Shown: positions 1 through 7,563 of the stretch, in pieces
How positions within the stretch are numbered: the stretch's first letter is position 1
Layout of the letters: every line of letters begins with the position of its first letter
DNA from: Desulfocapsa sulfexigens DSM 10523
GTDB lineage: Bacteria > Desulfobacterota > Desulfobulbia > Desulfobulbales > Desulfocapsaceae
DNA: 32,000 bases
Reading direction: 5' to 3'
Assembly (NCBI RefSeq): GCF_000341395.1
Contig: NC_020304.1
Span: 3,270,001-3,302,000, forward strand
Program-made: the position numbers and the translations under genes
Notes under the pieces: generated by a model
What the model saw: the letters and a program-made list of their open reading frames with translations, nothing else
The model's database searches: none
What the model was told of the DNA's origin: nothing

Positions 1-51
1 TTCTAGGTCCTTGATCGCATCCGGCATAAAATAGACACGATATTTATCCAT
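1..51 (-). CDS. ParE/RelE-family toxin, N-terminal fragment running off the window edge
   Basis: The reverse strand reads ATG (51..49) MDKYRVYFMPDAIKDLE. This start overlaps the stop of the upstream RHH antitoxin by 8 nt (ATGGATAA), the typical antitoxin-then-toxin arrangement. Only 17 codons are visible. Confidence 0.45.
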   Translation of the reverse strand, partial: MDKYRVYFMPDAIKDLE

Positions 52-331
52 CAATTTCCCCTTTCAGTTTTCGTTTGTGTAACTCCTCAATTCTGCTAAA
101 TGCTTCTTCAATGGGTACTGGTTCACCATTATTCTTGGATTTCTCCAAACGGTTACGTATGAGGGCCAGACGTATTTCATGCTCTTCTTCTTTTTTTTGC
201 CAAAGCCTCATCGCTTCTCTTATCAACTCGCTGGTAGAGCCATAGGAGCCAGAGCTCACTTTTTGCTTGATTGAGGAAAGCATATCCCGGGGTAGAGTAA
301 TTGTAATTCGTTCCGCTTTTTCTTGTTGCAT
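44..331 (-). CDS. parD: ParD-type ribbon-helix-helix antitoxin (95 aa)
   Basis: The N-terminus ITITLPRDMLSSIKQKVSSGSYGSTSELIREAMRLW matches the RHH/ParD (COG3609-like) pattern. An AAGGAG RBS lies upstream and the gene is translationally coupled to a downstream toxin start. Confidence 0.75.
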   Translation of the reverse strand: MQQEKAERITITLPRDMLSSIKQKVSSGSYGSTSELIREAMRLWQKKEEEHEIRLALIRNRLEKSKNNGEPVPIEEAFSRIEELHKRKLKGEIDG

Positions 332-350
332 TGTGTTGACCTCCTTGTGA

Positions 351-367
351 GTATGATTTAATCATAC
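351..367. promoter_or_regulatory. Perfect 8-1-8 palindrome GTATGATT-T-AATCATAC, candidate operator of the parDE promoter
   Basis: Verified base by base as a perfect inverted repeat. It sits 20 nt upstream (minus-strand sense) of the parD start. RHH antitoxins usually autoregulate through palindromic operators. Confidence 0.3.
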
Positions 368-769
368 CACTATTAATTACATGGGGCAACCGCAATGCAA
401 CTCAATATTTTGAGCTGTTGCATTTAAAATGTGCTTAACTAAATGGTGACTTTAACCACAGTAAACAGACTTGACTATTCAATTGAAATTGATCAGAAAT
501 GGAGCAACTACAAAGAAGAGCTTACCGAAGAACACCTCGATATTTCAATCGGGTTTCACAAGTTGCGTAATACTTAATACTATTGGGTCGGACCAAGTTA
601 CCCAACTGATATAGCAATAGAAATACCTCAAAAACACCCGTTTTAATCCCTTATGGCCTCCTTCCCCCCAAAAAAAAGGACCCTCTAAGGAAATACAGAG
701 GGCTGGTATCCATGCCAAGAGCAAACTAACATTATATACCCGGCTGCGTCTGGCACATCACCCACAGAT

Positions 770-1233
770 GTCTATGGACCCTGTGTACCTGACTATATTG
801 CCACTTCCAACCATATCCACCTGCTGGTGGTGGACACCAGGGAAGATGTAATTCCCAACAGCATGCTGCTCATTGCAGGCCGGACTGTACAGGAGTATAA
901 CCAGCGAAAGAGTCGAAAAGGCACCTTCTGGGAGGATCGATACCATGCCAGTGCGGTGGAGACGGATGAACATCTGGCAAAGTGTCTGGTCTAGATCGAC
1001 CTCAACATGGTGCGGGCAGGAGGGGTGAAACACCCGTTGGAATATACGTTGAGCGGCTTCAATGAAATCCAGAGGCCGAAACAGCGGTATACCGTGATCG
1101 ATCGCCTTTGATCGATCTTTTTTCCGTTGGCAGTCAAGAACATTTTCGTTAGAAACATAAACAGTGGGTTGAGACAGAACTGGGGGCAGATAAACAACAA
1201 CGGAAGGCTTTTTGGAGTGAATCAATCGCTGTA
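770..1233 (+). pseudogene. HUH/Y1 tyrosine transposase (IS200/RAYT-like, COG1943-type) pseudogene, 5' part, truncated by the IS21 insertion
   Basis: The plus-strand translation gives YGPCVPDYIATSNHIHLLVVDTREDVIPNSMLLIAGRTVQEYNQRKSRKGTFWEDRYHASAVETDEHLAKCLV*IDLNMVRAGGVKHP. It carries the HUH motif (HIH) and the catalytic-Tyr region (RYHA). There is an in-frame TAG near 989, a frameshift near 1100, and a second TAG in HFR*KHKQWVE. No recognisable N-terminal ~80 aa was found. Confidence 0.7.
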
Positions 1234-1348
1234 TGCGTATTCCAGTGAATCCGGCCACCCAGTCCACTTGATTCCGGCCAGTAATTCCACGGCAAAGCGG
1301 CCACCCAGTCCAGAGGATTCCGGCCAGGGTGTCGGAGCGTAGCGACGC
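1234..1348. repeat. IS21 left terminal inverted repeat region with multiple subterminal repeats (ATTCCGGCCA-type)
   Basis: Copies of (A/G)ATTCCGGCCA(C/G) or GCGGCCACCC occur at about 1248, 1270, 1297 and 1316. The inner block GCGTAGCGACGC is mirrored at the right end. Confidence 0.75.
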
Positions 1349-1379
1349 GAATATTTCCTTCTTACTCTGTGTGTTGCTC

Positions 1380-2117
1380 TCACGTCAAGCGTGCTTTCTT
1401 TTTTCTCATAGATTCTCCTTTCAGTTTGATTTTGTGAGCGGCATGTACCAGACGGTCAAGAATGGCGTCGGCTAAAGTCGGATCTCCGATCCGCTCATGC
1501 CAGTGCTCTACCGGTAATTGACTGGTTACCAAGGTAGATTTGAGGCCGTGTCTGTCTTCCAGTATTTCTAGTAAATCATGGCGTTGCTCCTGGTTGAGTG
1601 TGGCCAGTCCATAGTCATCAAGTACCAATAGATCTGTTTTTGAATAGACAGTCAGTAACTTCAGATAACGGCCATCCCCCTTGGCAAGAGCCAGATCTTC
1701 AAAGAGTTTACTCAGACGGAGATAGAGAGCACTATAGCCTTCTCTGCATGCCTTTTGGGCCAAGGCACAGGCAAGATAGGATTTGCCGACTCCAGTGGGG
1801 CCGGTAATAAGCAGATTGGTATGTTCCTTTATCCAGTTGCAGTCAGCCAGCCTGGTTACCAGTGACCTATCCAGACCACGCGGATGACGGAAGTCTACAT
1901 CCTCGATTGAGCCATCCTGCCGCAGCTTTGCCTTTCTGAGTCTGGTCTGAAGTTTTCTGGTTTCCCTGACCGCCTGCTCGCGGTCAAGTAACAGACCGAG
2001 GCGTTCTTCGAAACCCAGGTTATCTGCAGTGTCCATGTCCATCTGTTCCTGGAGTGCTGCGGCCATGCCGGTGAATCGAAGAGTTGTGAGTTTTTCAAGT
2101 GTTGGATGCAGAAGCAT
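1380..2117 (-). CDS. istB: IS21 helper ATPase IstB (245 aa)
   Basis: Walker A GPTGVGKS and Walker B LLVLDD are present, with the typical IstB N-terminus MLLHPTLEKLTTLRFTGMAAAL. It lies immediately downstream of istA. Confidence 0.92.
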   Translation of the reverse strand: MLLHPTLEKLTTLRFTGMAAALQEQMDMDTADNLGFEERLGLLLDREQAVRETRKLQTRLRKAKLRQDGSIEDVDFRHPRGLDRSLVTRLADCNWIKEHTNLLITGPTGVGKSYLACALAQKACREGYSALYLRLSKLFEDLALAKGDGRYLKLLTVYSKTDLLVLDDYGLATLNQEQRHDLLEILEDRHGLKSTLVTSQLPVEHWHERIGDPTLADAILDRLVHAAHKIKLKGESMRKKKARLT

Positions 2118-2137
2118 TTTATCGTTTCCTTTTTGTT

Positions 2138-3691
2138 TTAGTGGGTTGAGGGAGAATAATACTGAGAGCCACGGATATTTGCGTGATTAACCGGCTTGTC
2201 CTCTGTAGCCGGCTTCGGTAGTGGCTTCTGATCAAGGCCGCTTTTGAGTATGGATTCCACTGAGCGGTAAGAAAGGGCGTTGATATGCAGGGCCCGATGG
2301 CATGCTGCCTCAAGGCGTGAATCTCCATAGGCTTTGCCAAGACGGAGAATGCCCAGCAAAGTGCGATAGGCCTGTTGTGGGTGAGCTCTTTTTACAAGAA
2401 GCGTCTCTGTGAGGCAGAGTGTCTCCGGCCCGACCTTGGCAGCCCAGCGCTTGAACCTGTCCGGATTCCACTCCATGTACTTTCGGTGGTTGACAGGCAT
2501 ATGCTCTTTGACGGTAGTGTGGTGCCCTCGTTGATTCTCCCGGATGTGACTGGCCACCCGTTTACCACGAAAGTAACACTCAACCGTGCTTTTGGTATAG
2601 CGCACCTCAATCTGTTTTTTGACCAGGTTATATGGAACGGAATAGTAATGTCCCTCGACCTCCACATGATAGTCGATATGTACAGTGGCCTTTTTCCAGT
2701 AGGATAATTCATAAGGGCTGGCTGGAAGTTGTTTCAGGGCAGGTTTGTCCAGTTCTTCAAAGCGACTTTTACGGCTGCCGGATAACTTCTTGAAAGGCTT
2801 GTTGTTCAGTTGCTCAAGGAGTTTGCCTATTTCGCGATTGAGATCGTCAATGTTGAAGAAAGTATGTTTACGGAGTTTTGCCAGAATCCAGCGTTCCACC
2901 AGCAATACACCGGCCTCAGCCTTGGCCTTGTCCCTTGGTTTTCTAACCCTTGCAGGCAGCACCACGGTTTGATAATGTCGGGCCAGATCATGATAAGTGG
3001 GATTAAGGTCAGGTTCGTAACGGCAGGCTTTTGTGACGCCACTTTTCAGGTTATCTGGAACGACAACTTCCGGAACCCCACCCAGGAAAGCAAATGTACG
3101 GACATGTGAACCGATCCAATCCTCAATCTTCTGGCTGGGAGTGGCCTCAGCATAGGTGTAGTTGCTGGCACCAAGGACCGCAACAAAGACCTGAGCCTTT
3201 GTGATTTCTCCGGTGTGTTGGTCAACGACATCGACGGTTTGGCCTGCGTAGTCGACAAACAGTTTCTCACCGGCTCGGTGTTCATGGCGCATGACCAGAT
3301 CAAGCTTGCCGGCCCAATCCCGGTAACTATGGCAGAACCAGCTGTACTGGTAGCCGTCAGGATGCTGCTCTTTGTATTCCTGCCACAGCAGGTTCAGGGT
3401 AACCCCTCGTTTGGATTGGAGCTCTTTGTGGATCTCAGAGAAATCTGGAATTAGCCGGCTTGTCCCCGGTGGAGGCGGTGGAGGGAAAAGGGTTTGTTCA
3501 AGGCTGCTGTCGCTTAGGTCGTCAGGAAGGGGCCAACCCAGATCTGCTCTTTTGGTTCGTTGTAAATAGTCACTTACCGTGCTGCTGCCAATACCGCAGC
3601 TACGGGAAATTTCACGGTTACTGTGCCCAAGTTCATACTTGAGTCGTAGTACCTCTCTAATTTTTCGCATAGATAACCTCTTCTTCGGCAT
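2138..3691 (-). CDS. istA: IS21 transposase IstA (DDE, N-terminal HTH)
   Basis: The protein starts MPKKRLSMRKIREVLRLKYELGHSNREISRSCGIGSSTVSDYL (HTH) and continues into a DDE core (FVDYAG...; ...YHDLARHY...). I chose the ATG at 3691 because AAGGAGG lies 4 nt upstream. The ORF track extends to 3715. Confidence 0.9.
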   Translation of the reverse strand: MPKKRLSMRKIREVLRLKYELGHSNREISRSCGIGSSTVSDYLQRTKRADLGWPLPDDLSDSSLEQTLFPPPPPPGTSRLIPDFSEIHKELQSKRGVTLNLLWQEYKEQHPDGYQYSWFCHSYRDWAGKLDLVMRHEHRAGEKLFVDYAGQTVDVVDQHTGEITKAQVFVAVLGASNYTYAEATPSQKIEDWIGSHVRTFAFLGGVPEVVVPDNLKSGVTKACRYEPDLNPTYHDLARHYQTVVLPARVRKPRDKAKAEAGVLLVERWILAKLRKHTFFNIDDLNREIGKLLEQLNNKPFKKLSGSRKSRFEELDKPALKQLPASPYELSYWKKATVHIDYHVEVEGHYYSVPYNLVKKQIEVRYTKSTVECYFRGKRVASHIRENQRGHHTTVKEHMPVNHRKYMEWNPDRFKRWAAKVGPETLCLTETLLVKRAHPQQAYRTLLGILRLGKAYGDSRLEAACHRALHINALSYRSVESILKSGLDQKPLPKPATEDKPVNHANIRGSQYYSPSTH

Positions 3692-3743
3692 GAGCCCTCC
3701 TTGAATTTTATTCAAAAAGGCACTCTCTACCAGTTGGTTCTAT

Positions 3744-3883
3744 GCGTCGCTACTCCCTATTTGGGGTGACCGGATTCCTCTGGAATCACTGGCCGGAATG
3801 AAATGGAATCGGTGGCCGGAATCACGTGGAATGAGTGGCCGGTTTACTCTGGAATCGGTGGCCGGAATCGTCTGGAATATGCA
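3744..3883. repeat. IS21 right terminal inverted repeat region with multiple subterminal repeats (TGGCCGGAAT-type)
   Basis: (G)GTGGCCGGAAT or TGGCCGG copies occur at about 3790, 3812, 3835 and 3859, plus GACCGGATTCC at about 3768. GCGTCGCTAC at 3744-3753 is the inverted copy of the left-end inner block. Confidence 0.75.
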
Positions 3884-4078
3884 GCTGTAGGCAGTGACGG
3901 TTTTGTGGAGAAGGTTCAGAGGTAGCTGAGATCCCAGGCCGGCAGCCGCACAGTTATTCGGGAAGAGAAGGGAAGCGCACTGAAAGGGCCTCAGGTTTTT
4001 TACAGTACGCTTTTTGAGGGCGAAAAGGATGCTCTAAGGTTTAAAAACAGGTAATTCTGGGACTTTAATACAGAATAA
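3884..4078 (+). pseudogene. 3' part of the same HUH/Y1 transposase pseudogene, downstream of the IS21 insertion
   Basis: The frame continues (A)VGSDGFVEKVQR*LRSQAGSRTVIREEKGSALKGPQVFYSTLFEGEKDALRFKNR*FWDFNTE*. It has one further in-frame TAG and a premature TAA, and resembles the C-terminal tail of this transposase family as I remember it. Confidence 0.6.
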
Positions 4079-4133
4079 TCAGGTTGATAGCTTGGTCCCT
4101 AATGCTAGTTAAGACAATAACTTGTTATATCCC

Positions 4134-4571
4134 ATGGAGGGAACTGTGGAAACAATAGCGATCATTCTCATCATATCGTTCGTTGGATTGGCGGCACTGC
4201 ATTTGTATTGGGCGCTCGGCGGAAAGTTCGGAATGTCAGCAGCCCTCCCTGAGGTAGATGGGACACCAGTCTTCACGCCCGGAGCAGCGGCAACGATTGC
4301 GGTTGCATTCGTGCTCACTGGCTTCGCACTAATCGCGCTCGTCCTCGGGTTCGGGGCCGGTTACGCTGCGGCGCTCACTCCTTATGCGGTCCTTCTCGGC
4401 TTCGCTGTCGGAGGCGTACTCGTCCTGCGGGCGGTTGGCGAACTCAAGTATGTTGGTTTCTTCAAGCGTGTGAAGGGCTCGAAGTTCGCAATGTATGACA
4501 GCTGGCTGTTTTCGCCTTTCTGCCTGTTAGCTGGCGGGGCGTTCTTATTACTAGCGGCGGGCAGGATATAA
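4134..4571 (+). CDS. DUF3995-like small integral membrane protein
   Basis: Four predicted TM helices and the signature LHLYWALGGKFG. The gene is strongly G/C-rich, especially at third codon positions, unlike its neighbours. The start is ambiguous: TTG 4122, ATG 4134 or GTG 4146. Confidence 0.6.
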   Translation: MEGTVETIAIILIISFVGLAALHLYWALGGKFGMSAALPEVDGTPVFTPGAAATIAVAFVLTGFALIALVLGFGAGYAAALTPYAVLLGFAVGGVLVLRAVGELKYVGFFKRVKGSKFAMYDSWLFSPFCLLAGGAFLLLAAGRI

Positions 4572-4574
4572 TCG

Positions 4575-4605
4575 GGTAAGGGCAAGGTTTTCCCTTGCCC
4601 TTACC
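4575..4605 (+). terminator. 13-bp perfect hairpin GGTAAGGGCAAGG-TTTTC-CCTTGCCCTTACC just after the DUF3995 stop
   Basis: The stem was verified by reverse complement. No T-tract follows, so function as an intrinsic terminator is uncertain. Confidence 0.35.
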
Positions 4606-4927
4606 ACACCGCCCCACAAGCAGCTACGCATAGGGCGATTCATTAAGGTCATCGGGCCTGAGCCGGGTAGTGAATCTTCACCCACTGGTCTTTGACAGAT
4701 ATCAACCCAAGTTCTTTTAGCTAATGCTGTCATAATTGCCTGTCTTTTGAAGGTTCCCAGCTTGAAAAGATTGGACACTTTGGTTCGTGTGTGTATACCT
4801 CCATTGTTTCCAGAAACACATTCGTATCCTGCAACGGAGCCATTCGTCTACAGTAAAAGTAGGGATTTAATCTTGCTCTGCCCCCCTTTTACTCATGGTT
4901 CAAAAAACATATCCCATATTTTATCTT

Positions 4928-5425
4928 TTAAAACAGTAACCTGTCCACTTCGTGTTCTATTGAACTTATAACAACAGAAATCTCGTGTGGTGATTTGTTA
5001 ACGGTTTTCTGGATCACCTTTCCCCAGTCCTTCAGCATGTCGGTGGAGATTTTGCGCACATCGTTTTCCTTACTCCATTCACATCCAATTTTAAGACCAA
5101 GTGCAAGCATGCTCACCTTGGTTTTCACCTTCTCCCTTTCAGGTACTCTGGCTACAACATCATCACTTATTTCCTGCCAGCCATCGAAGAGCAACCCACC
5201 TTTCTGGAAGGTTTCATACCAGTCACGTTCCTTTTCATCAAGTGATTCAAGAGAGTTATTGCTAAAAATAAGTAACTTTTTTTCAATGGCTGCAAGGTCA
5301 GCTGCATGCTGAACATCCTCACAGGGAAGACAGGTCACAGAGTTTTCTTTAGCATTTACAATAACTGAACAGAGTATCAGAACAATTACAATAAAAGATA
5401 TATGGAAATATTTTCGAAGCATCAA
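4928..5425 (-). CDS. Secreted hypothetical protein (165 aa, signal peptide)
   Basis: The N-terminus MMLRKYFHISFIVIVLILCSVIVNA-KE looks like a Sec signal peptide. The mature part is charged and soluble, with a CLPC motif. I recognise no family. Confidence 0.55.
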   Translation of the reverse strand: MMLRKYFHISFIVIVLILCSVIVNAKENSVTCLPCEDVQHAADLAAIEKKLLIFSNNSLESLDEKERDWYETFQKGGLLFDGWQEISDDVVARVPEREKVKTKVSMLALGLKIGCEWSKENDVRKISTDMLKDWGKVIQKTVNKSPHEISVVISSIEHEVDRLLF

Positions 5426-5544
5426 TATTGTACCGTATGGTTTTTTTGTGTTCTTTTTAAGTGTTTCTCAGAAATCCTATTAAGATGAGAATCCTTATCA
5501 CATCAAACTAATCATTGTGATACAAAAAAGTCAAGAGACATTCT

Positions 5545-6183
5545 CTACAAAAGACGCAAAAGGGCATTCACAATAGCAACAGAAACGGTTGTCCCCCCTT
5601 TTCTGCCCTCACAGGTGATGAACGGAAAGTCCTGTTCCTGTAAAATTTCTTTTGACTCGGGCGCATTAACAAAGCCTACAGGAACGCCGACAATTAACTC
5701 TGGGCGTATTTTGTCTTCTTGAATAAGTTTCATTATTGTTATAAGGGCGGTGGGCGCATTGCCGATAGCAACAATACCGACATTCTCGATCATACCCTCC
5801 TCAATAGCTGCCTGGGATCTGGTAAGCCCGCGTTCAAGGGCCAGTTGAGCAATTTCAGGATCAGCAACCTTACAGATAACCTTTCCGCCATAAGGAGCCA
5901 AAATAGCTTTGCTGATTCCGGCGACTGCCATATTAACATCTGTAAGAATATTTTTGCCAGATCGTATCGCTTCGCATCCAGCTTCGATGGCCCCTGGGTG
6001 AAAATGCAACAGCTTTGCAAAAGAAAAATCCCCGGTAGCATGGATAACCCTCTGAATAACTGCAAACTGCTCAGGAATAATATCTTTTTGACAGAGTCCT
6101 GTCTGTTGATCAAATTCCTTTGCTATAATTCGAAAACTTTCACCTTCAATCGCCTGTGGAGCTATTTCTGTTATTCTATGCAT
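5545..6183 (-). CDS. cbiC: Precorrin-8X / cobalt-precorrin-8 methylmutase
   Basis: Motifs VIHATGDFSFA and GNAPTAL, about 210 aa, last gene of the cob operon. Confidence 0.9.
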   Translation of the reverse strand: MHRITEIAPQAIEGESFRIIAKEFDQQTGLCQKDIIPEQFAVIQRVIHATGDFSFAKLLHFHPGAIEAGCEAIRSGKNILTDVNMAVAGISKAILAPYGGKVICKVADPEIAQLALERGLTRSQAAIEEGMIENVGIVAIGNAPTALITIMKLIQEDKIRPELIVGVPVGFVNAPESKEILQEQDFPFITCEGRKGGTTVSVAIVNALLRLL

Positions 6184-6198
6184 AACTGTTTTTCAGGT

Positions 6199-7563
6199 TT
6201 ATGTGGTTTTTGTAATGATCTGGGATCCCGTCAGTTCACTTATAAAGGACTTACTAAGCTCCCTGTTTCTGGCAAAATGTAAATGGAGATACCCACCTAT
6301 CACATTCTTAAAGGTATACCCCTCAACAATGTCAGCATCTATTTGATATAAGGTGGGCGTCCCTACGGTGCTCCCTACTATTTCCGAGTAGTGAAATTCA
6401 TGCCCATGAAGATGCTGCCCCCTACGACCAAGAAAACAGTCAGCTACCAGGCATGGTTTACGATATCCAAGACGGGAAAGTCTCGTTTTCATCTGTACTG
6501 CAAACGGAAAGATGCCGCACATCGTATGGCTCTGTTGTCCGGTTGTTTCTATCCGGTCACAAAGATACATAAAACCACCACATTCCCCATAAATGATCCC
6601 GCCTGATCGAGCAAAGTCATTCACAGCCTGGCGCATAGCCTGATTTTCACTCAACCTCTCAGCATGAAGTTCAGGGTATCCCCCGCCAAAGTATATGCCC
6701 TTGCAGTCGGCGGGCAGGGCAGTATCTGACAAAGGACTGAAGAAGACCAGTTCAGCGCCTTCTGCTTCAAGCATCTTCAGGTTATCCTCGTAGTAAAAAC
6801 AGAACGCTTCATCTCGTGCAACGGCGAGACGCACATTCTTTGCAATTGAAGCGTTGGCCACGAACATCTCTTGCTCTGCCGCTTGAGTTCGCCTGGAAAT
6901 TTGTAGAAGCTGATCAAGATCAATATGTTTTTCCACGGCAAGAACAAGTTGCTTTAATTGCACTTCATTCAAAGGCTTTTCCTCTCCCATATGGAGACCG
7001 AGATGCCGATCGGGTATTTCAAATCGAATATCCCGGGGAAAAAACCCAAGTATTTGAGCCTTACAGATTCCTGCCATGCTCTTTTCGATAAGTTCACGAT
7101 GCCTGGGGGAGCCAACACGATTAAAGATAACTCCTGCAATTTCCACATCAGGTGAAAAGCTTTCAAAGCCTTTCACAATGGCCGCCACGCTCTCTGCAGC
7201 GGAACTGGCATCAACGATAAGAATCACCGGAAGTTCCAATTCCTTGGCAAGGGCAGCGGAGGAGGCAATTCCACCATCGAAAAGCCCCATTACACCTTCC
7301 ACCACAGCCACGTCATTTCCATTGAAGCGGAAGTTGAAAGTGTCTCTGCAGAACTCCCTGCCACACATTCTAAGATCAAGATTGGAGGAAATCTTTCCAG
7401 TCACCATTCTGTGCAGACTTGGATCTATGAAATCTGGACCACATTTGAATGGCTGAACCGACAATCCCCTTGCCTTCAAGGCTGCCATTATTCCTATGGT
7501 CAGGGTTGTTTTGCCAGAACCGCTTGCGGTACCACCTGTCAAAAATGCAGAGGATGTTTTCAT
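6199..7563 (-). CDS. cbiA: Cobyrinate a,c-diamide synthase
   Basis: The N-terminal P-loop GTASGSGKTT is followed by FKCGPDFIDPS. The C-terminal GATase domain carries GECGGFMYL. The start overlaps the cbiB stop by 4 nt. Confidence 0.9.
   Translation of the reverse strand: MKTSSAFLTGGTASGSGKTTLTIGIMAALKARGLSVQPFKCGPDFIDPSLHRMVTGKISSNLDLRMCGREFCRDTFNFRFNGNDVAVVEGVMGLFDGGIASSAALAKELELPVILIVDASSAAESVAAIVKGFESFSPDVEIAGVIFNRVGSPRHRELIEKSMAGICKAQILGFFPRDIRFEIPDRHLGLHMGEEKPLNEVQLKQLVLAVEKHIDLDQLLQISRRTQAAEQEMFVANASIAKNVRLAVARDEAFCFYYEDNLKMLEAEGAELVFFSPLSDTALPADCKGIYFGGGYPELHAERLSENQAMRQAVNDFARSGGIIYGECGGFMYLCDRIETTGQQSHTMCGIFPFAVQMKTRLSRLGYRKPCLVADCFLGRRGQHLHGHEFHYSEIVGSTVGTPTLYQIDADIVEGYTFKNVIGGYLHLHFARNRELSKSFISELTGSQIITKTT

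Larger units (their letters stand above)
1234..3883 (-). mobile_element. IS21-family insertion sequence (2650 bp) with istA-istB, imperfect terminal inverted repeats and a 6-bp target-site duplication
   Basis: The ends are TGCGTATTCCAG (1234..) and CTGGAATATGCA (..3883), which gives TG...CA termini. Flanking direct repeats GCTGTA lie at 1228-1233 and 3884-3889. Removing the element restores the reading frame WSESIAVGSDGFVEKV of the interrupted gene. Confidence 0.88.

Noticed and set aside
443-577. 44-aa plus-strand ORF (MVTLTTVNRLDYSIEIDQKWSNYKEELTEEHLDISIGFHKLRNT) in the 332-770 spacer, and a bulged hairpin at 395-423
   Set aside because: The ORF has no RBS, no recognisable family, and lies in a region of decayed mobile DNA. 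The hairpin lacks a T-tract and has no obvious upstream transcript to terminate.
758-1267. 169-aa minus-strand ORF, and the 71-aa plus-strand ORF at 1127-1342
   Set aside because: The minus-strand ORF is the antisense shadow of the plus-strand Y1-transposase pseudogene, whose translation carries clear HUH and Tyr motifs. The 1127-1342 ORF reads across the IS21 boundary at 1233/1234 and is a chimeric artefact.
3760-3883. Regularly spaced short repeats that could suggest a mini CRISPR or REP array
   Set aside because: The repeats are about 10-12 nt with irregular 10-15-nt spacing and are mirrored in inverted orientation at 1234-1348. They are the subterminal transposase-binding repeats of the IS21 element.
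989-4054. Three in-frame TAG codons in the Y1-transposase reading frame, considered as possible pyrrolysine or read-through recoding
   Set aside because: The TAGs sit where homologs (as I recall them) have different residues (Tyr, Gln, Glu). They are accompanied by a TAA and a frameshift, and the gene is split by an IS. Ordinary pseudogene decay explains all of this.
4551-4778. 75-aa minus-strand ORF overlapping the DUF3995 gene end and the hairpin
   Set aside because: Its 3' half is the reverse reading of the hairpin and the DUF3995 terminus. The plausible coding part needs a frameshift, so I treat it as a gene remnant rather than a functional CDS.
5719-6282. Long antisense or overlapping ORFs inside well-supported genes, e.g. 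5719-6282, 7076-7456, 9836-10243, 10373-10870, 12418-12771, 15481-15990, 21426-21911, 21921-22355, 25996-26337 and 28564-28947
   Set aside because: Each lies wholly within, and opposite or out of frame to, a gene with strong family motifs. Their translations are low-complexity or compositionally odd and carry no recognisable motifs.
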